32,000 bases of DNA from Pseudoalteromonas tetraodonis. Its GTDB lineage: Bacteria > Pseudomonadota > Gammaproteobacteria > Enterobacterales > Alteromonadaceae. A program made the position numbers and the translations under genes. The stretch is taken from contig NZ_CP011041.1 in NCBI RefSeq assembly GCF_002310835.1, positions 2,370,001 through 2,402,000 of the forward strand, given 5' to 3'. The notes beneath the pieces were generated by a model, which was not told where the DNA came from, made no database searches, and worked only from the letters and a program-made list of their open reading frames with translations. Shown in pieces: positions 1-9,685 of the stretch (the stretch's first letter is position 1; the number at the start of each line of letters is the position of its first letter).

Positions 1-2714
1 TCTTGATCGAGTAATGTAGAAGATGTATCGGTGAAATCACCTTCAGATCCAACGTCAAACTCAGGCTCAGGTTCAAGTTCTGCTTGAAGCTCCGGCTCAG
101 CTTCAAGCTCTGGGTCTACTTCAAGCTCTGGCTCTACTTCAAGCTCTGGTTCTACTTCAAGTTCTGGCTCTGCTTCAAGTTCAGGTTCAGCTTCAAGTTT
201 TGGCTCTGCTGCTTCAAGCTCAGGCTCTACTTCAAGCTCAGGCTCTACTTCAAGCTCAGGCTCTACTTCAAGCTCAGGCTCTACTTCAAGTTCAGGCTCT
301 ACTTCAAGTTCAGGTTCTACTTCAAGTTCAGGTTCAGCTTCAAGTTCTGGCTCTGCTGCTTCAAGCTCAGGCTCTACTTCAAGTTCAGGTTCAGCTTCAA
401 GCTCTGGTTCTACTTCAAGTTCAGGTTCTTCTTCAAGCTCCGGCTCAGCTTCAACGCCTGGCTCTGGCTCTACTTCTGGCTCAGCAAAAGATGAAGCGAT
501 AGATTCTACATCTTCACTATTTAACTCTTCTTGCGCGTCAGCTAAATCTTCAATTGAGTCCGCCAATGCATGATCTATTTCAGAATCATGAACATCACTT
601 TCAGGTTGCTCCGCATCCAGTACATCGTCAATATCTACTTCGTCTTCATCAACTAGGCTGTCGATGTCTGGCTCTTCACTTTGAGCCTCAGTAGCCGATT
701 GTTCTGCATCAAGTAAATCGTCAATATTAACTTCATCGTCTTCATCAACTAAGCTGTCAATATCCGCGTCTTCACTCTCTGCAGCAGCGGGTTGCTCTGC
801 ATCAAGCAAGTCATCAATGTCAATCTCGTCATCTTCATCTACTAAGCTGTCAATATCCGCGTCTTCACTCTCTGCAGCAGCGGGTTGCTCTGCATCAAGC
901 AAGTCATCAATGTCAATCTCGTCATCTTCTTCAACTAAGCTGTCAATATCAGTTTCTTCACTCTGTGCAGTAGCGGGTTGCTCTGCATCGAGTAAATCGT
1001 CAATATCAAATTCGTCATCTTCTTCAACTAAACTGTCAATATCAGTTTCTTCACTCTGTGCAGTAGCGGGTTGCTCTGCATCGAGTAAATCGTCAATATC
1101 AAATTCGTCATCTTCTTCAACTAAACTGTCAATATCAGTTTCTTCACTCTGTGCAGTAGCGGGTTGCTCTGCATCGAGTAAATCGTCAATATCAAATTCG
1201 TCATCTTCTTCAACTAAACTGTCAATATCAGTTTCTTCACTCTGTGCAGTAGCGGGTTGCTCTGCATCGAGTAAATCGTCAATATCAAATTCGTCATCGT
1301 CTGCTGATGTGTCAGTTGCCTGCTCATTATTTTCATCGAGTAAATCATCAATGTCGAAGTCTTCGCCCTCTTCGGCGAGCTCTTCACTGAGTGCAGCCAT
1401 ATCATCATTCGATTCACCTTGGGGTTCATCTGGTAATGAATCGTCATCTTCTTCATCAAACAGGCTATCTAAATCATCCGCACTTAAAATATCATCCGAT
1501 TCGTCAAGATTAATTGTATCGCCCGTGTCATCTTCATCAGGGCTATCAAAATCTTGTTGCATGAAAACATCAAGTTCATCGCCCTCAGTATTTTCATCTT
1601 CAAAAACAACATCATCATTAAGTAAGCTTTCTAACTCATCTTGATCTAATAAACTGTCATCATCGAGATCATCATTAAACTCCACATCATCATCAAGTAA
1701 TACGTCATCCATGTTCTCATCTAACTGCACACTTAAATCATCAAGTGGATCGGGAGCAGGCGCTTCGTCAAGCGTGGGTTCTGGCATTTCATCTAGAGGG
1801 TCAGTATAAGCAGGCGCTTGTGGTATAAATTCATCATCGTTACTCTCAGGCTCTTGGTTATTATCACGCTTACGCAGCCACATAACTACAGCAAAAATAA
1901 TCAACAACGCTGGAATGGTCATTAATAAAATGAGTACCAAAGGATTCGAGAGTAATGCAGCAAAGCTAAATTCATTCTCTTGCTCTGCATCTTTTAATTT
2001 TTGCTGTGCAATGATCTCGTTTTGCTTAACGATTAATTCTTTTAACTGTTGTTGAATTTCACTATCTTGGCCTAGTTGTAAACGAACGTTTTCTAACTCG
2101 TTTGAAATACCTGTCAGCTGTTTTTTAAGGTTGTTGTTTTCAACTAAAATCTCTTCTACGTTACTAACCGAACTTTTAAACTGCTGCTGAAGCTCAACTA
2201 ATTTATTACCTTGATCTGTTTTAATCGCTTTTAATTCTTGTTGTAATTCTTTTTTGGCTTCATCAACGTCTGCTTTGCGGGCTTGGGTTACTTGTGTTTG
2301 TGCTGAATTGATCTCTGCTTGAGTGAGTGTGCCATTTTTCTTTTTTTCCCACAGTTCATCGTCTTGCTCAGAACGTTGCTTAGCTAATTGCGGGTTTACT
2401 CGTCTAATTTCTGCCAAAGTAGGTATTTTTAAATACGAACCACTTTGCATGTGATTTAAGTTTTGTTCTAAAAATGAGTTGGGGTTTTTGTTATACAAGG
2501 CCTGCATAACTTGATAAATGCTGACTGAGTTATCTGGGCGAACTTTAACGGCAATACGCCAAAGTGTATCGGTTGGTTTTATTGGCCCAATAGAGCGACC
2601 CTGCGCGCCGTAATCTGCGCCTTTAGGCCCTCTTAATTGGGTACTGTCTTGAGAGTAAACAGTCGTTACCATCAGTGCAGACGCTAATATAATAAGTGAA
2701 ACGAAACCGCGCAT
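1..2714 (-). CDS. fimV: FimV/HubP-family polar landmark protein with N-terminal signal/LysM region, coiled-coil, TM segment and hyper-acidic repeat tail. The 3' end runs off the left edge of the window.
   Basis: ATG at 2714 gives MRGFVSLIILASALMVTTVYSQ... followed by a LysM-like segment (TLWRIAVKVRPDNSVSIYQVMQALYNKNPNSF...GSYLKIP). A TM segment (LVLILLMTIPALLIIFAVVMW) lies near 1890-1950. I hand-checked the frame at 2714, 1922, 1007 and 5-62, and all fall in the same open frame. The position downstream of asd matches Pseudomonas and Vibrio synteny. It is absent from the ORF track, probably because no stop codon lies inside the window. Confidence 0.85.
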   Translation of the reverse strand, partial: MRGFVSLIILASALMVTTVYSQDSTQLRGPKGADYGAQGRSIGPIKPTDTLWRIAVKVRPDNSVSIYQVMQALYNKNPNSFLEQNLNHMQSGSYLKIPTLAEIRRVNPQLAKQRSEQDDELWEKKKNGTLTQAEINSAQTQVTQARKADVDEAKKELQQELKAIKTDQGNKLVELQQQFKSSVSNVEEILVENNNLKKQLTGISNELENVRLQLGQDSEIQQQLKELIVKQNEIIAQQKLKDAEQENEFSFAALLSNPLVLILLMTIPALLIIFAVVMWLRKRDNNQEPESNDDEFIPQAPAYTDPLDEMPEPTLDEAPAPDPLDDLSVQLDENMDDVLLDDDVEFNDDLDDDSLLDQDELESLLNDDVVFEDENTEGDELDVFMQQDFDSPDEDDTGDTINLDESDDILSADDLDSLFDEEDDDSLPDEPQGESNDDMAALSEELAEEGEDFDIDDLLDENNEQATDTSADDDEFDIDDLLDAEQPATAQSEETDIDSLVEEDDEFDIDDLLDAEQPATAQSEETDIDSLVEEDDEFDIDDLLDAEQPATAQSEETDIDSLVEEDDEFDIDDLLDAEQPATAQSEETDIDSLVEEDDEIDIDDLLDAEQPAAAESEDADIDSLVDEDDEIDIDDLLDAEQPAAAESEDADIDSLVDEDDEVNIDDLLDAEQSATEAQSEEPDIDSLVDEDEVDIDDVLDAEQPESDVHDSEIDHALADSIEDLADAQEELNSEDVESIASSFAEPEVEPEPGVEAEPELEEEPELEVEPELEAEPELEVEPELEAAEPELEAEPELEVEPELEVEPELEVEPELEVEPELEVEPELEVEPELEAAEPKLEAEPELEAEPELEVEPELEVEPELEVDPELEAEPELQAELEPEPEFDVGSEGDFTDTSSTLLDQ
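60..480. repeat. 18-bp tandem repeat of about 23 units, unit ttcaagctcaggctctac, encoding (E-V-E-P-E-L)n in the fimV frame
   Basis: ttcaag recurs at 102, 120, 138, 156 and onward with period 18. Minus-strand translation reads EVEPELEVEPEL... in the same frame as the fimV ATG. Confidence 0.9.
600..1300. repeat. 93-bp tandem repeat of about 7.5 units, encoding a 31-aa acidic module (DIDDLLDAEQPATAQSEETDIDSLVEEDDEF) in fimV
   Basis: ctctgtgcagtagcgggttg recurs at 961 and 1054 and onward with period 93. The rightmost ~4 copies are near-identical and the left copies are diverged. Confidence 0.9.
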
Positions 2715-3003
2715 GCTGATCCTTTAATGTTTAAATGTTAACGCAGCGCTTTAAAATTGGCGCTTAAACATTGATTATTCTTGCCGTTGTTAGCCACGTG
2801 GCCAACGCACATTTTTATTACAATCTATTTTTATTGCAAGCTCTATTCCAGTTACAAACTATAAACCAGTTAAGCCATAATATCCATCGCAACGCATTGA
2901 AAATAAATACCTTAAACATCATGATAAAAATGTTTTTATGTTGTTTATCAAGATGTTTACACTCTCTCAGTTAATAAGTGGCAAAAAAATGGCGGTTAAA
3001 GCA

Positions 3004-3037
3004 TAAAAAAACGGCAAACCACTGTGGTTTACCGTTT
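3004..3037 (-). terminator. Rho-independent terminator downstream of asd
   Basis: Stem aaacggcaaacca / tggtttaccgttt with one mismatch and loop ctg. It is followed on the minus strand by T7. Confidence 0.6.
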
Positions 3038-3065
3038 ATTGAAATTATCACTATTTTCAGGCTAA

Positions 3066-4082
3066 TTACATATAATTAGCAATCAGTTCTTCTGCTATTT
3101 GTACACTATTGGTTGCAGCCCCTTTACGGGTATTATCACTTACTACCCACATATTTAATCCATGTGGGTGTGAAATATCAGCACGTAAACGGCCGATATA
3201 AACAGTATCATTACCACTGGCATCCGACACAGCCGTTGGGTAGTCGCCAGCATCATCAATTAGCTCAACACCTGGCGCATCACTCAATAGTTGCTTTACA
3301 TGCTCAAAATCATAAGGCATACGCGTTTCAATATTAATTGACTCAGAATGACCAAAAAATACAGGGACGCGAACACAAGTCGGGTTTACCGCAATGGTTG
3401 TATCGCCTAAAATTTTATGCGTTTCGTTTACCATTTTCATTTCTTCGCGCGTATAGCCGTTATCTTCAAAGCTATCGATTTGCGGTATTACATTAAACGC
3501 AATTTGCTTAGGAAATATTTCGTTTTCCATTGGGCGTGCATTCATTAAATTTGCAGTTTGTTTAGCCAGTTCATCAACTGCCTCTTTACCCGCTCCCGAC
3601 ACCGCTTGGTAAGTTGAAACGTTAATACGATCAATGCCGTATGCATCATAAATAGGCTTAAGCGCAAGCATCATTTGAATGGTTGAACAATTAGGGTTGG
3701 CAATAATATTACGATTTCTAAAATCGGCTAAACTCGATGCATTTACTTCTGGCACAATGAGCGGCACTTCAAAGTCATTTCTAAAATGAGATGTGTTATC
3801 AATAACGATACAGCCAGCGTCTGCGGCGATAGGGGCATATTTTTCAGATACACTGCCACCAGCAGAAAATAAACCGATATGCGCTTGGCTAAAGTCAAAG
3901 CCTTCAACATCACGTACTTCTATGGTCTCACCACGAAACTTTATATCTTCGCCAGCACTGCGGCTGCTTGCTAATAAAAACAGCTGATCGACCGGAAATT
4001 TACGATCTTCCAAAGTTTCAATGATTTGACGACCTACAAGGCCTGTAGCGCCGAGTACGGCAACGTTATATTTTTGCGACAT
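3066..4082 (-). CDS. asd: Aspartate-semialdehyde dehydrogenase (short, ~338-aa type)
   Basis: N-terminal Rossmann motif VAVLGATGLVG. Catalytic Cys motif IANPNCSTIQM. YQAVSGAG motif. Catalytic His context FFGHSESI. Confidence 0.85.
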   Translation of the reverse strand: MSQKYNVAVLGATGLVGRQIIETLEDRKFPVDQLFLLASSRSAGEDIKFRGETIEVRDVEGFDFSQAHIGLFSAGGSVSEKYAPIAADAGCIVIDNTSHFRNDFEVPLIVPEVNASSLADFRNRNIIANPNCSTIQMMLALKPIYDAYGIDRINVSTYQAVSGAGKEAVDELAKQTANLMNARPMENEIFPKQIAFNVIPQIDSFEDNGYTREEMKMVNETHKILGDTTIAVNPTCVRVPVFFGHSESINIETRMPYDFEHVKQLLSDAPGVELIDDAGDYPTAVSDASGNDTVYIGRLRADISHPHGLNMWVVSDNTRKGAATNSVQIAEELIANYM

Positions 4083-4127
4083 ATTTCATCCTCTGTAAGC
4101 ACGATTAAAACAACCGTGCTAATTAAA

Positions 4128-5249
4128 TTAGTTTGCTGTAGTAAAACCAAGCTGCGCAAGTGCAGCAAGCTCGGTGCTATCACCTTCAACCACCACGGTG
4201 CTAAACTCACGTCGGGTTGGATAATTTTTTCGTAAACTGTCAAAGCCTTCATCGGCCAAGTGACGCAGTAAAATGCCATCATCACGGCGTACGTCATAAA
4301 CTAAGTGCACTAAACGGGCTATATCTGTTTCGCTAAAACTACTTCCTAGGGCGACTTTTTTAATTGCAGGAGGCGGTAAAAAATCATCAAGTGATTTTAT
4401 TGCGTTAACCCCTTTTAGCTCACACAAGCTTTGATACAACATTTGTGTACCCCGAGCTTTACCCTCAAGAGTATGTCCGGCAATGTGCACACTGGCATAG
4501 CGAACATGCTCAAGTAACTCGGTTAAAATGTTAGGTTCGTTTTCCCACACATCCAACACTAAATCGAGCTCAGCGCCTGCTTCCATCACCTCAAGTAATG
4601 CTTGATTATCAATCACATCACCTCGGCTGGCGTTAATTAAAGTAAGTCCAGGTTTAAGCGTAGTTAAGCGCTTTTTATCAAGCATGTGCAGTGTTTTATG
4701 CGTACCTGTTTTTACTAACGGCACATGAAACGTGACTATATCTGACTGCGCTAATAGCTCATCAAGCTCAACGTGCTCGGGTAATAGCCCTTGCTCATGC
4801 TTTATTGGGTCGCACAATAGTAAATTAACGTTAAGTGCTTTTAGCTTGTGCGCGAGGCAACTACCAATATTACCCACACCCACAATACCAATTGTTTTCC
4901 CGCTTAATGGGCTGGCGTTTTCTTGACTTAATGCAAATAAACTACTGATCACATATTCAGCAACCGCAATCGCATTGCAGCCAGGCGCACTGGTAAAATC
5001 AATATTTCTTGCGTTGAGCAAATCGGTATCAATATGATCCACACCAATAGTGGCTGTACCTACAAAGCTTAGCTTATTAGCCTGTGCTAATAATTCACTA
5101 TTGACCTGCGTGACTGAACGAGTGAGTAATACATCAACATCAATGAGTTTTTCTGGAGTTAATTGCCTGCCATCAAATCGTTCAACCTCACCCATATCTT
5201 TAAAGAATTGCTCAACTAAAGGCATATTTTGATCGGCAAGAATTTTCAT
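4128..5249 (-). CDS. pdxB: Erythronate-4-phosphate dehydrogenase
   Basis: MKILADQNMP... is colinear with my recollection of E. coli PdxB (MKILVDENMP..., GTATAGTDH-like, HLVYDVRRDD conserved). I placed the start at ATG 5249 rather than the upstream TTG 5267 used by the ORF track. Confidence 0.88.
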   Translation of the reverse strand: MKILADQNMPLVEQFFKDMGEVERFDGRQLTPEKLIDVDVLLTRSVTQVNSELLAQANKLSFVGTATIGVDHIDTDLLNARNIDFTSAPGCNAIAVAEYVISSLFALSQENASPLSGKTIGIVGVGNIGSCLAHKLKALNVNLLLCDPIKHEQGLLPEHVELDELLAQSDIVTFHVPLVKTGTHKTLHMLDKKRLTTLKPGLTLINASRGDVIDNQALLEVMEAGAELDLVLDVWENEPNILTELLEHVRYASVHIAGHTLEGKARGTQMLYQSLCELKGVNAIKSLDDFLPPPAIKKVALGSSFSETDIARLVHLVYDVRRDDGILLRHLADEGFDSLRKNYPTRREFSTVVVEGDSTELAALAQLGFTTAN

Positions 5250-5310
5250 TGTGAATCCGTTTGGCAAAATGAGACCCTATTGTAACGAACAACCGCCTAT
5301 TTGCACAAAC

Positions 5311-5338
5311 GAAAAAGCCGAGCATTTTGCTCGGCTTT
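5311..5338 (-). terminator. Rho-independent terminator downstream of fabB
   Basis: Stem aaagccgagc / gctcggcttt with loop atttt and a T-rich tail on the minus strand. Confidence 0.55.
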
Positions 5339-5357
5339 AAAATAGTTAAAGGTTTAC

Positions 5358-6569
5358 TTAGCCTTTGTATTTGCTCATTACTAATGTGGCATTGGTGCCG
5401 CCAAAACCAAAACTGTTAGACATAACCGTATTTAGTTCAACGTCTTTGGCTTCAGTTACAATGTTCAAGCCCGCTGCTTGCTCATCAAGCTCATCAATAT
5501 TGATAGATGGCGCAACAAAACCATGCTCAAGCATTAGCAATGAAAAGATGGCTTCGTGTACACCTGCCGCACCCAGTGCATGGCCTGTCATTGCTTTAGT
5601 TGCGCTGATCATTGGCGAGTTACCACCAAATACTTCTTGAATAGCGCCCAGCTCTTTCACATCGCCTACGGGTGTTGACGTACCATGGGTATTCAAGTAA
5701 TCAATGCTATCAACGTTTTGCATTGCTTGGCGCATACAACGTACTGCGCCCTCACCTGATGGTGCAACCATATCGTAACCATCTGAGGTTGCGCCGTAAC
5801 CGGTAATTTCAGCATAAATGTGCGCGCCACGTGCAAGTGCGTGTTCTAGCTCTTCAACAACCACAATACCGCCACCGGCTGAAATCACAAAACCATCACG
5901 GTTAGCATCGTATGTACGTGATGCTTTTTCAGGTGTGTCGTTATATTTAGTCGAAAGCGCGCCCATAGCGTCAAATTCCATCGCTAGCGTCCAGTGAAGT
6001 TCTTCACCCCCACCTGCAAAAATAACGTCTTGCTTGCCTAGTTGAATCTGCTCAACGGCATGGCCAATACAATGCGCAGAGGTTGCACACGCAGAGCTAA
6101 TTGAATAGTTAACGCCTTTAATTTTAAATGGCGTTGCTAAACATGCCGAGGTGGTACTTGCCATAGTACGTGGCACCATGTAAGGGCCAACGCGCTTAAC
6201 GCCTTTTTCACGAAGAATATCAGCCGCTTCTACTTGCCACTTTGATGAACCGCCGCCAGAACCCACTAATAAACCAGTGCGCTCGTTTGATACTTGTTCG
6301 TCGCTAAGGCCCGCATCTTCAATCGCTTGTGCCATTGAGATATAAGAATAAGCCGCTGCATCACCCATAAAGCGCATTGCTTTGCGGTCAACATGCTCTT
6401 TAACATCAATATCAATTTTACCTGATACATTGCTGCGCAATTTGTAATCAGCAAATTCTTGGTTAAAAGCAATACCGCTTTTACCCGCTCTTAGTGACTC
6501 TAATACTTCTTCTTTATTATTGCCGATGCTTGATACAACACCGATGCCTGTTATTACGGCTCTTCTCAT
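5358..6569 (-). CDS. fabB: 3-oxoacyl-ACP synthase I (KAS I)
   Basis: Near colinear with my recollection of E. coli FabB: [18 protein letters not shown], active-site [35 protein letters not shown]. It is divergent from mnmC, as in E. coli. Confidence 0.92.
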   Translation of the reverse strand: MRRAVITGIGVVSSIGNNKEEVLESLRAGKSGIAFNQEFADYKLRSNVSGKIDIDVKEHVDRKAMRFMGDAAAYSYISMAQAIEDAGLSDEQVSNERTGLLVGSGGGSSKWQVEAADILREKGVKRVGPYMVPRTMASTTSACLATPFKIKGVNYSISSACATSAHCIGHAVEQIQLGKQDVIFAGGGEELHWTLAMEFDAMGALSTKYNDTPEKASRTYDANRDGFVISAGGGIVVVEELEHALARGAHIYAEITGYGATSDGYDMVAPSGEGAVRCMRQAMQNVDSIDYLNTHGTSTPVGDVKELGAIQEVFGGNSPMISATKAMTGHALGAAGVHEAIFSLLMLEHGFVAPSINIDELDEQAAGLNIVTEAKDVELNTVMSNSFGFGGTNATLVMSKYKG

Positions 6570-6644
6570 GGGTAATTCCCTTAGCTTAATACTTAATTGT
6601 GTTCTATTTTACGCGAATTTAATCACCTAAGTGGTCAGCTTTCT

Positions 6645-6662
6645 AGCGTACACTTGTACTCT
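6645..6662. promoter_or_regulatory. Candidate FabR operator upstream of fabB
   Basis: AGCGTACACTTGTACTCT lies about 75-90 nt upstream of the fabB ATG. It closely resembles the FabR palindrome as I recall it from the E. coli fabB/fabA promoters (AGCGTACAC-TGTACGC-like). Confidence 0.55.
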
Positions 6663-6748
6663 GAACCTACAGCTTATAAATAACGCCAGACTATTTCAAA
6701 GAAAACACGTAAAATAATTAAAAAATTATCTATAAAATTGAATTGGTC

Positions 6749-8758
6749 ATGATAAAAAACGCCCACATACACTTTAATGATTTAGGGACACCGGTTGCTA
6801 ATGACTTTGATGATGTTTATTTTTCTAATGACGACGGCCTCGCTGAGTCTCATTATGTGTTTTATCAACAAAACAATATAGAGTCACGGTTACAAAATCA
6901 TGACCGTGAGCACTTTGTTATAGCCGAAACCGGTTTTGGTACAGGGCTTAATTTTTTAAATGCATGGCAGCAGTTTTATGACCACCTGCAATGCCCACAA
7001 GTTCAAAGTCAACAGTCTAATAACGTGCAACGACTGCATTTTATTTCTTTTGAAAAATATCCACTTAGCGTAAATGATTTAAAACAAGCCTTGCAAGCTT
7101 GGCCTAGTTTAAGTCATTTAAGCGCCCAACTCGTCTCCCACTACCCGATTAATTTAACCGGTTGTCATCGCCTTGAATTTGCCAATGGCCTTGTGGTGCT
7201 CGACCTCTACTTTGGTGATGTGCTGGAATGTATTAATAGCATGAGCTACCCACAAAGTGGACTGGTTGACGCATGGTTTTTAGATGGTTTTGCACCGAGT
7301 AAAAACCCCGACATGTGGCAGCAAAGTGTATTTAATGCCATGGTCGATATTTCTAGAAGCAATGCCACATTAGCCACGTTTACCGCTGCGGGCTTTGTGC
7401 GCAGAGGACTAAACGAGGCAGGCTTTAGCATGCAAAAAGCCAAAGGCTTTGGCCGAAAACGAGAGATGCTAGTTGGCACACTCGCTCAGGCTAATTCAAA
7501 ACAATCGGCCCCCGCCTATTTTGAGCATCACTTCTCTCCCCTTACCAATGTGGCTGTTATTGGCGGTGGTATAGCCAGCAGTTGTATTCTTTATAGCCTC
7601 GCGAAACGCGGTATACCAAGCCACTTATTTTGCCAAGATAAACAACCGGCCATGGGGGCATCTCACAATGTACAAGGGGCGATATATCCGCATTTACAAG
7701 CAAAAAATTCGCCACACAGTGAACTATTTGCCCATAGTTTTTTATATGCAAAGCGCTTGTACAATCAATTACTCAATAATGGTTTTTTGTTTGATCACCA
7801 GTGGTGTGGTGTGCTGCAACATGCAGTAAAAAAACCATTGGCAGAGCGTCATCAAAATCTCGCTGATAAACAACTGTGGCCAGAGCAGCTTATGCGAAAT
7901 GTGACTGCTGATGAGGGTGATGCTATTGCTGGGGTTAAAACAGGTTACTCAGGGGTGTTTTTTGAACAAGGCGGCTGGGTTAATCCCCCCCAGTTAGTCA
8001 GTGCTATGTTAGATGCCGCACAGCAATTAAATGAGTTTGAGAGCCTATTTAATTGCCACATTGAGCAACTTAACAAACAACCCGATGGCTGGTACTTAAC
8101 CACGCAAAAACAAACATTTGGCCCCTTTAGCGATGTGATTATTTGCGCCGGTGAACACAGCGATGCATTTGCGCAAACTAAAACGCTCCCTATTGTTGGC
8201 GTACGCGGACAGGTGTCACATGTTCAAGCAAGCACGCAATCACGTAAGCTAAAAACCGTGTTGTGTCACAAGGGGTATTTCACCCCCGCTTATTTAGATC
8301 ACCATTGTATGGGCGCCACCTTTGAAAAGAACAGTAAAAGCCGTGAAGTGACCGAGCAAGATAATCAAACTAACCGCGAGCAACTGCTGAGCTTTTATAA
8401 CAACACTGAATTTGCAACCAGCTTAGGCGATATTAGCTCTGCTAAAGCCGCTGTTCGCTGTAGTTTTATTGATCACTTACCTATGGCCGGTGAATGGGTG
8501 GAGCAAACTGACTATACACATGCATTTGCTAATTTACGTTTGGGTAAGCGCTATCAATACCAAGCATTAAAAAAACCACAACAGGGCCTGCATATTTTTA
8601 CCGGCTTTGGCGCGCGAGCATTATGCAGTGCACCGCTATCTGCCGAGCACTTAATTAGTAGTTTAAACAATGAACCTCGCCCACTAAGCGAGCGCGTAAG
8701 CCAAGCTATTCACCCAGGCCGCTTTATTGTTCGTGACCTTATTCGCAATAAAATTTAA
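6749..8758 (+). CDS. mnmC: Bifunctional tRNA (mnm5s2U34) methyltransferase / FAD-dependent cmnm5s2U34 oxidoreductase
   Basis: The N-terminus FNDLGTPVANDFDDVYFSNDDGLAESHYVF matches the E. coli MnmC pattern. A C-terminal FAD domain carries VAVIGGGIASS. I placed the start at ATG 6749; the track uses TTG 6743. Confidence 0.88.
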   Translation: MIKNAHIHFNDLGTPVANDFDDVYFSNDDGLAESHYVFYQQNNIESRLQNHDREHFVIAETGFGTGLNFLNAWQQFYDHLQCPQVQSQQSNNVQRLHFISFEKYPLSVNDLKQALQAWPSLSHLSAQLVSHYPINLTGCHRLEFANGLVVLDLYFGDVLECINSMSYPQSGLVDAWFLDGFAPSKNPDMWQQSVFNAMVDISRSNATLATFTAAGFVRRGLNEAGFSMQKAKGFGRKREMLVGTLAQANSKQSAPAYFEHHFSPLTNVAVIGGGIASSCILYSLAKRGIPSHLFCQDKQPAMGASHNVQGAIYPHLQAKNSPHSELFAHSFLYAKRLYNQLLNNGFLFDHQWCGVLQHAVKKPLAERHQNLADKQLWPEQLMRNVTADEGDAIAGVKTGYSGVFFEQGGWVNPPQLVSAMLDAAQQLNEFESLFNCHIEQLNKQPDGWYLTTQKQTFGPFSDVIICAGEHSDAFAQTKTLPIVGVRGQVSHVQASTQSRKLKTVLCHKGYFTPAYLDHHCMGATFEKNSKSREVTEQDNQTNREQLLSFYNNTEFATSLGDISSAKAAVRCSFIDHLPMAGEWVEQTDYTHAFANLRLGKRYQYQALKKPQQGLHIFTGFGARALCSAPLSAEHLISSLNNEPRPLSERVSQAIHPGRFIVRDLIRNKI

Positions 8759-9049
8759 AGGTAATAATACCTACAAAGCCCTCTACTGTAATTACCAAGA
8801 ACGCAGTGTACGTATTGGCTTATACCAACGTAGCTTTGTAACCGAAGTAAGTATAATGATCGAGTAAAAAGTTCTAAAAAACGCCTTAAAAAATAGCTGA
8901 TTTTAATACTCAGTTAAGTAATAACTTTTCACTAATATGTTTTTTTTAAATAAGCTCGTTTAAATCCCATTTACTCTTTAAAAATAATTTCCTACCCCAA
9001 GGTCTGTTTGTACGAACAATCTTTACACTATATTGAGAAGGAATTAATT

Positions 9050-9685
9050 ATGAGTAAGACTTTAATTATTGGCGCAAGTGGTCAAATTGGTAAAATGGCT
9101 ACCAAACTACTTTTAGAAAATGAGCAAAATGTTGTTGCACTTGTAAGAGACAAAAGCAAACTGCGTGATTTAGATAGCCCATTTTTAAGTATTGTTGAAC
9201 AGGATTTAGAAGGTGACTTTTCAAGTGCCATTAATGGCTGCGACCAAGTTATCTTTGCAGCAGGTTCAGGTGGAAGTACAGGCACAGATAAAACCGTACT
9301 TATTGATTTGTGGGCAGCGACAAAAGCAGCAACTTATTCTAAAGAGCACGGTGTAAAACACTTTATTATGGTCAGCTCTATTGGTGCAGACGATCCTGAT
9401 GCGATAGATAGTGACTTAAAGCCTTATCTTGTAGCAAAACATATGGCTGATGAGCATTTAATTCACAGTGGACTCAATTACACAATTGTCCGCCCAGGAA
9501 CATTAACTGACGAAAGTGCCTCTTTGCAAGTAACAACAGAGCGCCCTAGCGATCAGTCAAAGGCTAAAATTAGCCGCGAAAATGTAGCCAACGCTTTGCT
9601 TCACGTTGCTACAAACTCATTTAATAGCAATCGTATTTTTGAGTTATTTGATGGCGACAAACCAATAAAAGCCGCTATTAAGTAA
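9050..9685 (+). CDS. NAD(P)H-binding SDR-like oxidoreductase (atypical SDR / NmrA-like)
   Basis: Rossmann motif LIIGASGQIG directly after the ATG at 9050, which is preceded by the RBS gaagga. Length is about 211 aa. Confidence 0.7.
   Translation: MSKTLIIGASGQIGKMATKLLLENEQNVVALVRDKSKLRDLDSPFLSIVEQDLEGDFSSAINGCDQVIFAAGSGGSTGTDKTVLIDLWAATKAATYSKEHGVKHFIMVSSIGADDPDAIDSDLKPYLVAKHMADEHLIHSGLNYTIVRPGTLTDESASLQVTTERPSDQSKAKISRENVANALLHVATNSFNSNRIFELFDGDKPIKAAIK

Noticed and set aside
60-1300. Regular short repeats that might be mistaken for a CRISPR array
   Set aside because: The units are contiguous, with no unique spacers. Their periods are 18 and 93 bp, both multiples of 3, and they translate in frame as acidic protein repeats.
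1214-1459. Minus-strand 81-aa ORF inside fimV
   Set aside because: It is in a different frame from the verified fimV reading frame and lies entirely within it.
84-1644. Plus-strand ORFs 84-494, 200-502 and 817-1644, encoding Phe/Lys/Leu-rich, Leu/Gln-rich and Ser-rich 'proteins'
   Set aside because: They are antisense shadows of the in-frame fimV tandem repeats. They have low-complexity periodic translations and no RBS, and the minus-strand frame is continuous with a bona fide FimV N-terminus.
2771-2974. 67-aa plus-strand ORF in the asd-fimV intergenic region
   Set aside because: It lies in AT-rich promoter DNA, has no RBS and an odd composition. The region more likely holds the fimV promoter.
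4034-4297. 87-aa minus-strand ORF bridging the asd start and the pdxB end
   Set aside because: It overlaps two well-supported genes in alternative frames.
9678-9685. 8-bp convergent overlap of the SDR and TauE-like genes
   Set aside because: Short convergent 3' overlaps are common. No hairpin or other signal is associated with it.
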